Below, in pieces: positions 27,415-39,700 of a stretch of DNA of 64,000 nucleotides. The notes below the pieces were generated by a model. That model was not told the origin of the DNA and made no database searches. It worked only from the letters and a program-made list of their open reading frames with translations. The stretch is from Lytechinus pictus. Lineage: Eukaryota. The position numbers and the translations under genes are program-made. Numbering within the stretch: position 1 is the first letter of the stretch; every line of letters starts with the position of its first letter. The stretch lies in assembly GCF_037042905.1 (NCBI RefSeq), contig NC_087250.1:25050001-25114000 (forward strand), written 5' to 3'.

Positions 27415-27429
27415 CTATGGAGAGAAAAT

Positions 27430-27835
27430 CAGAGCCCCGTCTTACAAAGAGTTGTGATTGATCCGATCAATCGCAACTATGGAAAGCCAGCAACGTCAAC
27501 ATATAAAAACACATGTTTCTTCAAATATTTTTGTAAAAATGATGTGTATTCATACATTCACTGTTTTTCTGGATAATTCAATGCTTGTTTTCAAAAGACA
27601 TTGAGTAAATTTTCTGAAGAAACATTTATGACATTGATGGGTTTTCATATACCTGAAATTGATCGGGGGCCCGTTGCAGAAAGAGTTGCAATCAATCGCA
27701 ACTCTAACACTCATGCGCAACTTGATTTTCAACCAATCAACAGTGCGCATTTGGGACTTGCGAATGATTTTTTGACTTTCGTTTAAACGCAACTCTTTCT
27801 GCAACGGGCCCACGTAACTCTTTGTTGATGGGGCA
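27430..27835. mobile_element. MITE containing a nested second MITE (27667-27811)
   Basis: gccccgtcttacaaagagttg ... taactctttgttgatggggc ends; related copy at ~21712-21940; inner TIRs gggcccgttgcagaaagagttgc. Confidence 0.7.
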
Positions 27836-28111
27836 TCAAACAGAAAGTTGTAATTTTCATCAACTGAGATAGAACAAATTAACAGAATAATAGTGATAAT
27901 GAGAATGAACATTGGGTTTAAAAAGTGCCTTTTCTAGACGATATGATACAAAGTGCCGTTTGAGGCCTAAAACGATGTTTTTTAACAGGTCGAGTGAGGT
28001 GATGTTTTGCAGAGTTTGAGGGAGTTTGTTCCAAAGAAACAGGGTTGTCCAATTACACTGCAAAACCTACGGTGTTGATTTAACACCAGCCCGGAATCTA
28101 TATCCGTCTAT

Positions 28112-28500
28112 GGCGCGCCGTTTGACCAATAATTCAGATAAACACTGTTTATTGCCGATAAACAGTGTTTATCGCCGAAAAACACTGTTTATCGAGCGAT
28201 AAACACTGTTTATCAAGCGATAAACACTGTTTATCGAGAAAAACTATGTTTATCGACTGAAAAACACAGTTTCTCTCGATAAACAGTGTTTATCGGCGAT
28301 AAACAGTGTTTTTCGGCGATAAACACTGTTTATCGAGAGAAACTGTGTTTTTCAGTCGATAAACATAGTTTCTCTCGATAAACAGTGTTTATCGCTTGAT
28401 AAACAGTGTTTATCGCTCGATAAACAGTGTTTTTCGGCGATAAACACTTTTTATCGGCGATAAACAGTGTTTATCTGAATTATTGGTCAAACGGCGCGCC
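28112..28500. mobile_element. Near-perfect palindromic MITE built from GATAAACA(C/G)TGTTTATC units
   Basis: TIR GGCGCGCCGTTTGACCAATAATTCAGATAAAC; 3-bp TSD TAT; ~20-bp internal repeat units. Confidence 0.9.
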
Positions 28501-28673
28501 TATTTGTTATTCCAAAATGTAACTATTACATACACTACGATGTTCAGAAGTTCAAAAATGAAAAATATGTACATTTCTTTTATAAGCCACGGTTCTTTGT
28601 TCTGAAGGTGCGATAAGAATGATAGAATACTAGGTTTGATATTCCAAAGGTATGTTAATCCAACAATGAATTA

Positions 28674-29249
28674 AGGAGATGGTCTGGGCTGAAAATATTT
28701 ATATCTTAATACATAGAGTAGAATTCACTGAGGAAAATGCCGAAAATTTCTTCAAAATCGGATGACAAATAGTAAAGTTATTGAAGTTTAAAGTTTAGCA
28801 ATATTTTGTGAAAACAGTCGTCATGAATATTCATTAGGTGGGCTGATGATTTCACGTCTCCACTTTCCGTTTTCTTATGTTATATAAAATCATATTTTTT
28901 CATTATTTCATACTTGTGTGAATAATATGTCTCCCTTATAATGAAATAGGTTGCAGCAATAAATATATAATGCACTAAATCAGATGTCAATCCACTTTTT
29001 CTAGTTCTTGGAGGAAAAGAAATGAATAAACCTATTTTCATATGATAAAAAAAAAAACAAGTGGATATGTGACATTATCAGCCCACCTAATGATTATTCA
29101 TGACGACTGTTTTCACAAAATATTGCTAAACTTTGAAATTGAATAACTTTGTTATTTGTTATCTGATTTTGATGAAATTTTCGGCATTTTGCTCAGTGAA
29201 TTCTACTCTATTTCTTTAATTATAAATACTTTCAGCCCGGACCATCGCT
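28674..29249. mobile_element. Kolobok-like MITE, second subfamily
   Basis: TTAA-flanked, long inverted arms (gatggtctgggctgaaa / ttcagcccggaccatc). Confidence 0.75.
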
Positions 29250-29625
29250 TTAAGGTTACTCTGTTACTTGGAAAATGAAGTATGGTTTGTTCGTCTGAAA
29301 ATGAAATAGGGTTGTTAGTCTGAAAACAACTAAAACTATACAAACCTCACTTCATCTTCAGACTATCGAACCTTCAGAATAACAAAGATAATTTCGTTTT
29401 CGGATGAAACAACATTAGGAATAACAAGCCTTCATCTTAACAAACCTTTGGACTAGTACATTTCCAAAATATCAAGCCTTCAGAGTATTTGAACTTTTGA
29501 ATCACTACTGGCGATTGATGGCCCATATAACTTTTTTTAATAATTGGAGATAACATATGAGAGAATAGGGTATATTTAAAAGTACAAGCAGACATTGTAA
29601 ATTGTGTACATTGTGAAATACTAAC

Positions 29626-32051
29626 CTTGATGTACAGTGATAACTCTTCTTTGGCTTTAGCAAGTGCTGGTCGCTTCTTAAGTGCTTTCTCTGAGGCCCT
29701 CTTGGTAAGTCTAATTCCAACCACTGTGTCTATGAACAAGATCGCATTCAGGAACAGAAGTACTAACAGAGGCACACCAAAGGCATACAGATTTGCATCG
29801 CCACTGGACAACCAACAAAGCTCATCATTGCCGTAGCTGAATCGCAGATTAGTACAGCCACAAAGGTCAATGACCAGACAAGCACCTACGATCAAAGCTG
29901 GTACGCCCCATGCATAGAGGGAGTACCAAACGTAGAATCTTTGAGATTTACTGGCAATTCTAATCTTGGCACGGGTGCCAAATGTGCGATTTAGATCTAT
30001 GGCAAGGGCATTCATCCAGAAGAAGATAGCGAGCCAGAAGAAATGGGTAATGGCTGCCACTGCTTTACAGAAGCCACCATGTTCCGTGCTCACTCCACTC
30101 ACAAACACTAATAAAAATGTGAGTAAGAGGGCAACAGAGAGGGTAAGGACCGATTTCCCAGCCAAGTTAAGAAGTTCAGGAAAGATGGCATAAGTTGTTA
30201 TGATGATCAGTACTGAAACAACAGACAGTGCATTTCCTATGGTGTTCATAATGTCCAGGCCAGGAGGTAAATTACGTTCTTCATAGGCAGGAACTTTTAG
30301 GCAGTAAAGAGCTGAACCATCTTGACCTATTTGAAACTCGTCATCTAACAGGACTGTGTCCTTGCCGGTGAAATGGAGAAATACTTGTGACTGATTTTTC
30401 ACAATCTCAAACTGACTCGCATCTAGTTTGACATATGTGTCGCAAGCAAGTCTGGTGGTGTTGCCTGTGCAAACGTCACCGATGCTGGAGACACTCATGA
30501 TATAATCTGCCCTTTCTCTGGTAAAGTTAATTCGGAATGGTAGCAGGGTGGGTTTGCCATAATCTGAAAATGTCCAGGAGTTGTGGGACTCACAGTCCCA
30601 TCCTGCAGGAACACCAATAAGCATTTCTATCATTGACATGTTCCCGAATGAAGGCATATACAAAGTGGACGTTACATTGGTTATGATACCTGCAGTACCC
30701 TGATAGAACTCTAAAGACGTTTGGGGTAGTGTAGTAAAGTTCATTTCAGTGTCAAAGCACACTTGACATATTGACTGACGAGAGTCATTTTCCGAATCAC
30801 CAGTGGGTATACAGGAAATTTCAGGCACCGACACAACGGAAGGGGACGTCAGTGTGTCCAGTGGCGACTGAATGAGGACATTATTTACCGTTGCCAGAAG
30901 GTAGTCAGTGTCCAGTGATGTCATATTCACTTCATCCTGGAGAGAATAGAACGTAACGCACAGCCCTCCTCTCTCATCTACCGGTAGACGTTCACACTGC
31001 TTTGTTGTCGTGTTGTATTCAAATCCTGTGAAGCAAAAGAGCAATTGACATTTGCTTGACGGTGGGTCAAAGGCTTCATTCTCGGCACATGCCAATTCCT
31101 GGTTTCTGTTGATAAAGTTAAAGAATTCTGCAAATGCAGTCCCCACACCGGCTAGGTATACGCCATCATGTATGATTGAATTGCACAAATCCAAATAGTC
31201 TGCACATACGTCAATGCCATTGCAATAAGCACAGTGTAGATTCTGGTAGATGGTACCATTGTGTACTATAGGTGCAAGGTATGATGGACACTTCGTAGGT
31301 TCTGAAGAACACGAAGTCACATCTACTCCAGGATAACAATGCCGAGCGTACATATCATTTGGTATATCTTCTGACGGCCTGAGTTGTTTAGAGCAGTATT
31401 TTTGTATCAGTTCTTTTTCTGTGTATTGGGTTGGTTTTTCATTCGAATCACTACTACTTCTATGCGAACTACTGCTTTCACTCGTACTACTGCTACGAAC
31501 AATACCATCATCAACATCATCACAGTACCATTTCCAACTCCAAAACTCGATACCGGTAGAAATGTCGTGACACAATGCACAATACAAATTTCTAAAGTGA
31601 CCGATGCTTTCAACAGTAACGGGTGTGTACAATTCTTCGTCGGGTTCCTGCGGGTTCTCACACTTGGTGCGGATTACGCTATGGGCAAGGACATACGAGG
31701 GGCACTTAGAAATCATCTGGTAGTGAGAAAGGATGGTACTATTGCCTCCATAGTAGTAATCAACACCAGAAACGGAAGCACATGAGAGATACGGGAAAAA
31801 GTCTTCTTCCCAAGCCATCCTCTCAGGTATGGAGTCATAAACAGAGTCAGGGTATATATTTCGTGTGTTCAACGTTCCAGCAGCAGACATATCTTCGGCA
31901 TCCTTGCAACACTCGTTATAAAGAGCACACTGGGAATCGCATTTACATGGGCGATATGACCAGCGAAATGCACACGAGAAAGGAACGTTACGATGTCCAC
32001 ATGTTGGATCGAGCACGTTGTACTGGTGTCCTTCAGTGCACGTCAATGGAT
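29626..32051 (-). CDS. Class-B/Methuselah-like GPCR, main exon (SMB-like Cys-rich ectodomain and TM1-TM5)
   Basis: Lies within the 869-aa ORF: CKCDSQCALYNECCKD (somatomedin-B-like), two N..CA.C modules, many NxS/T sites, CKAVAAITHFFWLAIFFWM (TM3), YAWGVPAL (TM4), CWL, FGVPL (TM5). Acceptor catacag at 32052-32053; donor aag|gttag at 29625. Confidence 0.92.
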
Positions 32052-33031
32052 CTGTATGGTAATGAATCCAGAAGACATTCTATGAAGAATTTATCTTGTT
32101 TATTACAGGGAACTCTGCCTAAGTTGAATCTTTTGAGACCACGGAAATGAAATCTGTTTGACGAAGGAGAACTTTGACTTGTAAGAGGGAGAAAGAGGTA
32201 TATATTTAGGGGCGGGTTCAGCTTCCGCCAATGGGGGAGTTTTGTTACCCATATATCGCGTATAAGTTGCGATCGAGCAAAAATTTCAACATTTTTATTA
32301 CAAAAATCCAATTGTGATAGATTTTGACATAACATTTGGAAAATAATGTCATATTTCAACCTTGATCTGTTTTCCTTTTCTCTTTTCTTTTCTTGGTCGT
32401 GAAAAATTGGAGGGAGCTCGGGGGAGGCAAAACGCTCATGTCCTATAACAGTCAATTTTTAGCTTTATTCTTATAAAACAACATAAAATGTGTAATAATC
32501 TCATAAGCCCTATTTAAATAGTGTGTACGCGAAGAGCGAGCTAAAAAAAAATGGAATTTTATGTATTGTTCTGAAAATTGAACATTCTGAGTAAAGTTTG
32601 TGAACCTTAACAAGATGCGTATGTAACTAGATAATTACTGCGAACGCAAAGCGCGAGCAGACATTTTTAATATGCGTTCTGGCCTGATCGAAAAGGGACC
32701 TGTTAAGGACGTTTTGCAGTTAGTCATTAAGACGATTATATTTCAACGATTAAATTATGCGGTGCAAAGCGCGAGCTGAAAATTTTTGACATTCCGACCT
32801 AAAAAATTGACTAAGCACTTATTTGTAATTATTAACGGTATATAAAGGTATATGCCAAACATTTGGTGCGAGCGGAAAAATTAGATTTCTGACCTTAAAA
32901 CGGGACACTCGTAAATCATGAAAGGATGGGCACTCTTCGCCGGGTCAGCCGTATCCCTTGCGTTCAGCATAACGGCAAAGACAATAACTGCAGCCTCCGC
33001 CTAGATTAAAGGCTGGACCAAATCGCATACA

Positions 33032-33478
33032 TTCGTAATTCCGTAGCTTCGTTATTCCCAAGGTTCGGATATTCCGAAGGTTCGGATATTCCGAAGGTTC
33101 GTTAGTCCGAAAACGAAATGAGGTTCATAATTCCGAAGGTTCGTTAGTCCGAAAACGAAGTGAGGTTCGTAATTCCGAAGGTTCGTTAATCCGAAAAAGA
33201 AATGAGGTTCGTAATTCCGAAGGTTCGTTAGTCCGAAAACTAAATGATTAACTAACCTTATTTCGTTTTCGGACTATAACGAACCTTCGGATCAGCGAAC
33301 CTTATTTCGTTTTCGGATTAACGAACCTTCGGAACATCGAACCTTATTTCGTTTTCGGATTATCGAACCTTCGGAATAACGCCACAAATGTTCGGATTAA
33401 CGAACCCTTTTACGTTTTCGGATTAACGAACATCGAGGTATAGGCAATTTACGTGTTTCGGAATTACGAAGTGTAACC
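33032..33478. repeat. Inverted minisatellite / MITE of TCCGAAGGTTCG units
   Basis: Tandem ttccgaaggttcgtta units switch orientation at ~33250; decayed relatives at ~28500-28660 and ~29255-29440. Confidence 0.8.
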
Positions 33479-34573
33479 GGACCAAATACATAGCATTTCT
33501 CGGTAATATTTTGGTAATTTAACTTCGACCATATCACGGGAAATTGCATTAAAATATTAAATTACCACCAAATGTGGTGGTGGCGCTATCCATCGATATC
33601 CGATGATTTCCGCCAGGCTAAGTGAGAGGGATTCCACCCTCCCTCCCCTGTACAGTTCTCGTCATTCGATTTTGCTAATGTGTGTGAGATATATATTCAC
33701 CGAGGAAAGGCGTTGTGGCCGGAGTATTAAAATCTTTTGAGTATTTTGTTTAATAAAACATCGTTTGTACTCGTGTTTGTGTTTTCCTTTCATGGATGAG
33801 GGTGTTAGTTAATTGGTTTTAATAATGTGTCTTTCGAAAGCATTTAAGCGCTCCTTATCTTCGGTTTCTTAAAAACCCGAGTAAAAAGATATAGATCAGA
33901 AAAAAGATTGTGGGATATTGTCAGGTCGTAAAATTTAATCTTCTATTAAAAACATAAAATCATAAAATATCTTTACAAACAACAGCAATGGTGGAGGAGC
34001 CGTAATGAGTACAACGTATAACACATATGAACTGCTTTCTCTTTTCCACGATACTTGACTCTCGACCCTATTTCTCTTTCCCCTCCCCTTTCTCTTCTCT
34101 CTGCTGGACACATAACCGTTTTTTGTTTTATTCCCCCCAGTTTTTAATATCCCCTTCTCCCCCTAATTTATGTAGTCACAGCCCCCCCCCCCTTTCCTTG
34201 TTATTCAAACCTATTTTGCCGTTCTTCATATATGGTCAAGATTGTCCTACTTTACTTTTAATTACATACGATTAAGATTACTACAAATTTATCCCAAGGG
34301 ACTTACCATTACAAGCTTTGCTTTTTAATAAGTCCCTCATTTTCATTTTCACATGCTAACTGTAGGCCCTAATCTATAATTTGTCTAATTATCAAAATGT
34401 GTTTGGAACAAAAAGAATTATATATACTTCGACTATTTCCTACGAATTTGTTAATTAATTATTGAAGTATTCTTATGACACTTATTCTGTTATGTACATT
34501 CATACATATGTATATATGTTTGTTATGTTTATTATCAGAAAATGGAAGTGAAATAAACTAAACTGAAACTGAA

Positions 34574-34728
34574 TGTAGTGGTTCTGACTCTCGCCTTGTA
34601 AAAAGAGGGTCTAGTGTTCGAATCCCACCGCGGTCTGGCGTCCTTTTTTGGCAAGGCATTAATCCACACTTTGCCACTCTCGACCCAGGTGCTAAATGGG
34701 TACCCGGTACATGTGAAAGTCATTGTAG
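34574..34728 (+). mobile_element. tRNA-derived SINE, 5' part (split by the Gypsy element)
   Basis: tRNA-like head with B box GTTCGAATCCC, followed by the gcaaggcattaatccacac...cccaggtg..aatgggtacc core. Confidence 0.8.
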
Positions 34729-35423
34729 TGTAGCGAACCCGTTCGCTACGGTTTTTGGTTATAATGCAGTAAACGTAGATGGCGCTATAGCATTTGGTGC
34801 GTTAGAACTCAATGATCGACTTACGCAACGCACTGCGTAAGGCAGCTCTCGGAGACTATAAATAGCGGAGTTTCGCAGTGATTTCGTCACTTCGACGCTG
34901 GCGGAAGTCGGAGTCGGACGAAGAACTCCATGCGCTCCTCTCCAACTGGGCTGAATCAAGAAAAGGTTTGGAAATGAACATTGCTCGCTTAATTTCTACT
35001 ACTGCAAATACAATTCTGGATAATTGGTGACGGTGTTAATGGTGATAACCTGTACAAATGCTGAACGATGATGTATAATTAAATTATGACCGTTGTCATA
35101 AACCAAATGTAATCATCGTCTCCAACCTGTGTGATCTATGGAATCCGATTGACTTCTACAGTATAAGCCTTCCCATAGAGATTATACAGCTCCAATAGAA
35201 ATCCCCTGTAATTCTATATTTCACCTGTTCAGACTACCTCTCAACACTCCACCCCCATATATTTTGGGAAAACGGAACACGCCCGGGTCTCTACATAACG
35301 CCATACGGAAACCGCTCGCATTAAGGATGGCTAGCAATTCATCAAGAGATGAAGGTGATAGAGGCAAGGGACAGGCCGGCCCCCCAGCATCCAGGACCCG
35401 TTCTAAGACGGAGGGCCGCCACA
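34729..35423 (+). repeat. Gypsy 5' LTR (695 bp)
   Basis: Direct repeat of 41318-41970 plus 45193-45234. TATAAATA at ~34857, ATTAAA at ~35078; opens with the hairpin gtagcgaac-cc-gttcgctac. Confidence 0.96.
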
Positions 35424-36784
35424 CAAATGGTGTCAGAAGTGGGGTGGAGAATGTGAGGACATCTGGAACAGATGGCAGCAATACTTCAGGGGATGAATCA
35501 GTTTCTACCCATTCCGGAATCAAGTTATCTACCAGTAGGGGAAGAAGGCAGAAGACCGAGGCTCTGATGGAGATCGCACAGATGATGAAAAATCAAGCCA
35601 AGCTAGCTCAGGACGAGATAATGAAACAGCAAGCCAATGCCCAGGTTATGATGATGCAACAGGCTAAATCAATGCAAGCACAGATGGAGAAGCTGCTTCT
35701 ATCATTCTCTAATGAGCAGACTCAGCAGAGTAAGCCAACCAGACGGAGACGAAGAAAACTGAGTACTCGGGGAAGCACAGATAGGTCTACACAAACAGCA
35801 TCATCAACTGAGGAGGAGGAAGTTCCATCCAATACTACGTGGCGGAATAGCAGAGGCAATCCTATTAATTCGCCAGTACAAAATGCTGCCAGGAAGACGA
35901 CATCACCAGCGGTGCAACCAACTGCTGTGCGAGACCCTCCAATTGATGACAGTAGGCTCCAGGCCATAATCCATCAAGCATTGGAAGATACACTCCAACA
36001 TGGGCAAACGTTAAAACCAAGGTCATCACAGGACGCCCAACAGAAGCCTAGGGGTACCCACTTCATCAAGCCAGACAAATATGATGGATGTTCATCATGG
36101 ATTGATTACAGCCTACACTTCAATGATCTGAAGAGAATGCTGGCCAATCGGTTCTCAGACAATAAACAGGCTGAGAATCATCTACTAGAGCTGAAGCAAA
36201 GACAGAGACAGGAGGGCGAGACACTCAAGGAGCTTGCACAAAGCATCAGAGAGCTCACTGCATTGGCCTATCCAGAGCTGGATTTTGATGTTCGGGACAG
36301 ATTGGCGAAGGGACACTTCATGGACGCCCTTGTGAAACCCAAGCTCAGAGAGGCAGTGTTCAACAACCAATGTAAGACATTGGATGATATGGTTCATGCT
36401 GCAGTGGTAGCCGAGGCCTTCCATCATTCTGAGGATCAGAGAAGTAGCAGGAAACCCAAATACAGCAGGGCAATGACAAAGGAGAATGAGGAAGATAAAT
36501 CAACTTCCGAACCAATTTCAGAAGTTAAAGCCATGGTAGCTACCTTGAAGGAAGAACCTTCCAAGCGTGACGATGAGATGATGACCAAACTGGTGGAGGC
36601 CATTAGGACCGCACTACAGCCACAACTTCAGACCGTAGTACCCAGTGACAACAAGCAGCAGAAGCAGGGAAATTCAGATAAGTTCGATGGTAGCTGCTAC
36701 TATTGTGGAAAGAAAGGCCACATGAAGAGGAAGTGCAAAAAGAGGATGAGAGACGAGGCTCAGATTCATCAAGCCGAGCAATAA
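35327..36784 (+). CDS. gag: Gypsy gag (probably internally deleted)
   Basis: IKPDKYDG..SW..Y..HF motif, RQ.EGETLKELAQ.IREL..LAYP capsid motif, CYYCGKKGHMKRKC zinc knuckle. First ATG (35327) lies inside the LTR. Confidence 0.88.
   Translation: MASNSSRDEGDRGKGQAGPPASRTRSKTEGRHTNGVRSGVENVRTSGTDGSNTSGDESVSTHSGIKLSTSRGRRQKTEALMEIAQMMKNQAKLAQDEIMKQQANAQVMMMQQAKSMQAQMEKLLLSFSNEQTQQSKPTRRRRRKLSTRGSTDRSTQTASSTEEEEVPSNTTWRNSRGNPINSPVQNAARKTTSPAVQPTAVRDPPIDDSRLQAIIHQALEDTLQHGQTLKPRSSQDAQQKPRGTHFIKPDKYDGCSSWIDYSLHFNDLKRMLANRFSDNKQAENHLLELKQRQRQEGETLKELAQSIRELTALAYPELDFDVRDRLAKGHFMDALVKPKLREAVFNNQCKTLDDMVHAAVVAEAFHHSEDQRSSRKPKYSRAMTKENEEDKSTSEPISEVKAMVATLKEEPSKRDDEMMTKLVEAIRTALQPQLQTVVPSDNKQQKQGNSDKFDGSCYYCGKKGHMKRKCKKRMRDEAQIHQAEQ
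35428..35443 (+). promoter_or_regulatory. Primer-binding site, tRNA-Leu
   Basis: TGGTGTCAGAAGTGGG, 4 nt after the LTR, is complementary to the tRNA-Leu 3' end (CCCACUUCUGACACCA). Confidence 0.88.
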
Positions 36785-39700
36785 TATCAGAGCTCAACAA
36801 ACGAAGTAAGGTCGCCCCAGGGGGGCATGGCGCGGCCGTGGAACCTGGAAGCACCAGCCCCTCAATACCAAATGCCACACAGCCAATAGTTACAACCAGG
36901 TACAATGGAGAAATCAACAAAGGAATTCTGAAGGGCATGTATGTGCCAGTCACTATCGGTGGGACACAGCTGAGTTTTCTGGTAGACACAGGAGCAACAG
37001 ATACATACATCTCCAAGTCAGGCTATAGGAAACTACAAGAGAAGCCTACAATTAAAACTACTACAGAGAAGGTTATGCTTGCAGATGGCTCACAACTAGA
37101 GGTGGATGGAAAGATCCACACAGAAGTGATAATAGGCCAGGGGAAGGCAAGGATCACCCTGATTGTCGCTGATATCTGTAGCGATGGAGTCTTGGGCATG
37201 GATAATCTTCTGCAGTTAGGAGCAAGGCTTAACTTGGAGACTGCTACAATGGAAACCAAGTGGGGTTCAGTTCAGTGTCGCCATGAAGACAACACTAGAA
37301 CTTGCTTCCGCATCATAGCTAATGAGATGTACACTATACCGGCAGGCCGAGAAGGCATCATTACAGGAAAAGTACTGGATAGGGTTTCAGATGACGTTAC
37401 AGGCATGGTCGAAGCATCAAATGATAGACGTCAACTTACACAGAAAGGCATCATCTTTGCCAGGACCCTCGTCAGAACTAGTAATGGAGCGGTCCCAGTT
37501 AGAGTATACAACCCTACAGGATCACAACGTGTGATAAAGAAGGGGACAGAGCTAGGGTATTTGTCGGCAGTATCAGAACCAGATATCCAAGCATCTCAGC
37601 TTTCCAGTGAGGAGATTGATCTACCAGAGTACCTGACTGATTTGTACGAGCGGAGTATACAAGAGGTACCAGAGCAGTACCATGCACCTATTGCTAAGCT
37701 TCTGACTACATACCAGGATGTCTTTTCCAAAGGAGACTATGACTTGGGGAAAACCAACCTGGTGAAACGTACAGTTGACACCGGACAGACCAGGCCTATC
37801 AAACAGAGGCCACGGAAACATCCGTTTGGACAGAGAGATGTAATCAGGAAGCATGTCAATGATCTTCTGGACAGGGAACTCATCGAGCCTTCAGACAGTC
37901 CATGGGCAGCCAACATCGTCTTAGTCAGGAAGAAAGATGGCTCCCAACGCTTCTGTGTTGATTACAGGCAACTAAATAATGTTACCATCAAGGATGCATA
38001 TCCTCTTCCTCGGATCGACGAGACCCTTGACGCACTCTCTGGAGCCAAATGGTTTTCAACGTTGGACCTTGCTAGTGGGTACTGGCAGGTAGAGCTTGAC
38101 ACGGATGCTAAGAAGAAGTCAGCTTTTCTAGCAGATGGGGGACTGTATGCCTGGAATGTCATGCCTTTTGGCATGTGCAACGCCCCAGCAACGTTTGAAA
38201 GACTCATGGGCCAGGTATTGAGAGGACTGCACTGGGAGACATTATTGGTCTACTTGGATGACGTGATCGTGTTCGGGAAATCCATTGATGAGGAGATGGT
38301 GAGGCTGCAGCAGGTGTTTGAACGTCTAAGACAGACAGGGCTGAAGTTGAAGCCAAAGAAGTGCAACTTGTTCAAGACTTCTGTTTCATACCTTGGGCAC
38401 GTCGTCTCTGCAGAAGGCATATCGACTGAGAAGGACAAAACAGAAACAATCAGGACATGGCCCAGACCCGAGTCAGTGAGGGAGGTCCGTGGATTCTTAG
38501 GCCTTGCATCTTATTACCGTCGCTTCGTTGAAGGCTTTGCCAGAATTGCTAGACCTCTGCACCAACTGACAGAAAAAGGACGGAAGTTTGAGTGGAACCA
38601 GGACTGCCAAGAAGCCTTCGAGGAACTGAAGCACAGACTAGTCACGGCTCCAATACTGGTATACCCTACCGAGGAGGGAAGATTCATTCTGGACACAGAC
38701 GCCAGCAATGATGGTATCGGCGGTGTACTCTCCCAGATACAGAATGGCCAGGAACGGGTCATTGCCTATGGAAGCCGAGTCCTAAGCAAACCAGAAAGGA
38801 ACTACTGTGTAACCCGCAAGGAACTACTTGCTGTAGTAGTGTATCTCAAACACTACAAGCAGTATTTGTATGGTCGCCACGTCCAGGTGAGGACTGATCA
38901 CGGAGCTCTGAGATGGCTGATGAATTTCCGGCAACCTGAAGGTCAGCTGGCAAGATGGCTAGAAGTCATATCAAGCTACGACATTGAGCTTATACATAGG
39001 GCTGGAAGGATTCACAGCAACGCTGACGCTCTATCACGAAGACCATGCAGGCAGTGTAAGCGAGAAGGAGGCTGCATCTATGGAGGAGACACTGGGAATA
39101 TCAACGTCATCAAGTTGAGGAATGATAACCTAGCTGACATCCAAGAGGCCCAACAGGAAGATCCTAACATAAATCCAGTCAGAAATGCACTGGTGGAAGG
39201 GAGGAAGCCATCCCGGGAAGAGGCGACGGCATATCTTTTTAAGGTCAAGGTTCTCCTGGATCACTGGGACCAGCTAGATGTCAAAGATGGTGTTCTCTAC
39301 AGGAGGTGGGAATCAGGAGATGGACGTGATGTCAGGTGGCGTTATGTACTACCTAAAGCTCTGATACCGGAGGTGCTACAGGACCTACACTCTTCTCCTA
39401 TGGCAGGACATCTTGGTATGACAAAGACTCTTCACAAGGTACAGGAACGCTTCTACTGGGTAGGAATGAAGGAAGATGTCAGATCCTTCATTAGGCAATG
39501 TCCAGACTGCGCTCGCCGACAGAAGGCAGGACCAGGGAAAACAGCTCCGCTACAGCAGAGGCAGATTGGATATCCGATGGAGAGGATCGCCCTGGACATT
39601 ATGGGACCATTGCCAGTTACCAATGACGGGAACAAGTACATTCTTGTGGTAGCTGACTATTATACCAAGTATGTCGAAGCATATGCAATACCAGATGAAA

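Noticed and set aside
27860..28063. 67-aa minus-strand ORF as an extra GPCR exon
   Set aside because: LWNKLPQTLQNITSL resembles a decayed L2/CR1 ORF2 C-terminus, and the GPCR frame is complete without it.
28130..28480. CRISPR-like regularly spaced palindromic repeats
   Set aside because: No unique spacers, no cas genes, eukaryotic context; bounded by TIRs and a TSD, so it is a MITE.
29437..29625. C-terminal 62 aa of the 869-aa ORF
   Set aside because: Read-through into the intron past the donor at 29625; TM6-TM7 are encoded at 27414-27163.
34574..34640. tRNA gene
   Set aside because: B box present, but the 5' end is truncated, no full cloverleaf forms and it continues into a SINE body.
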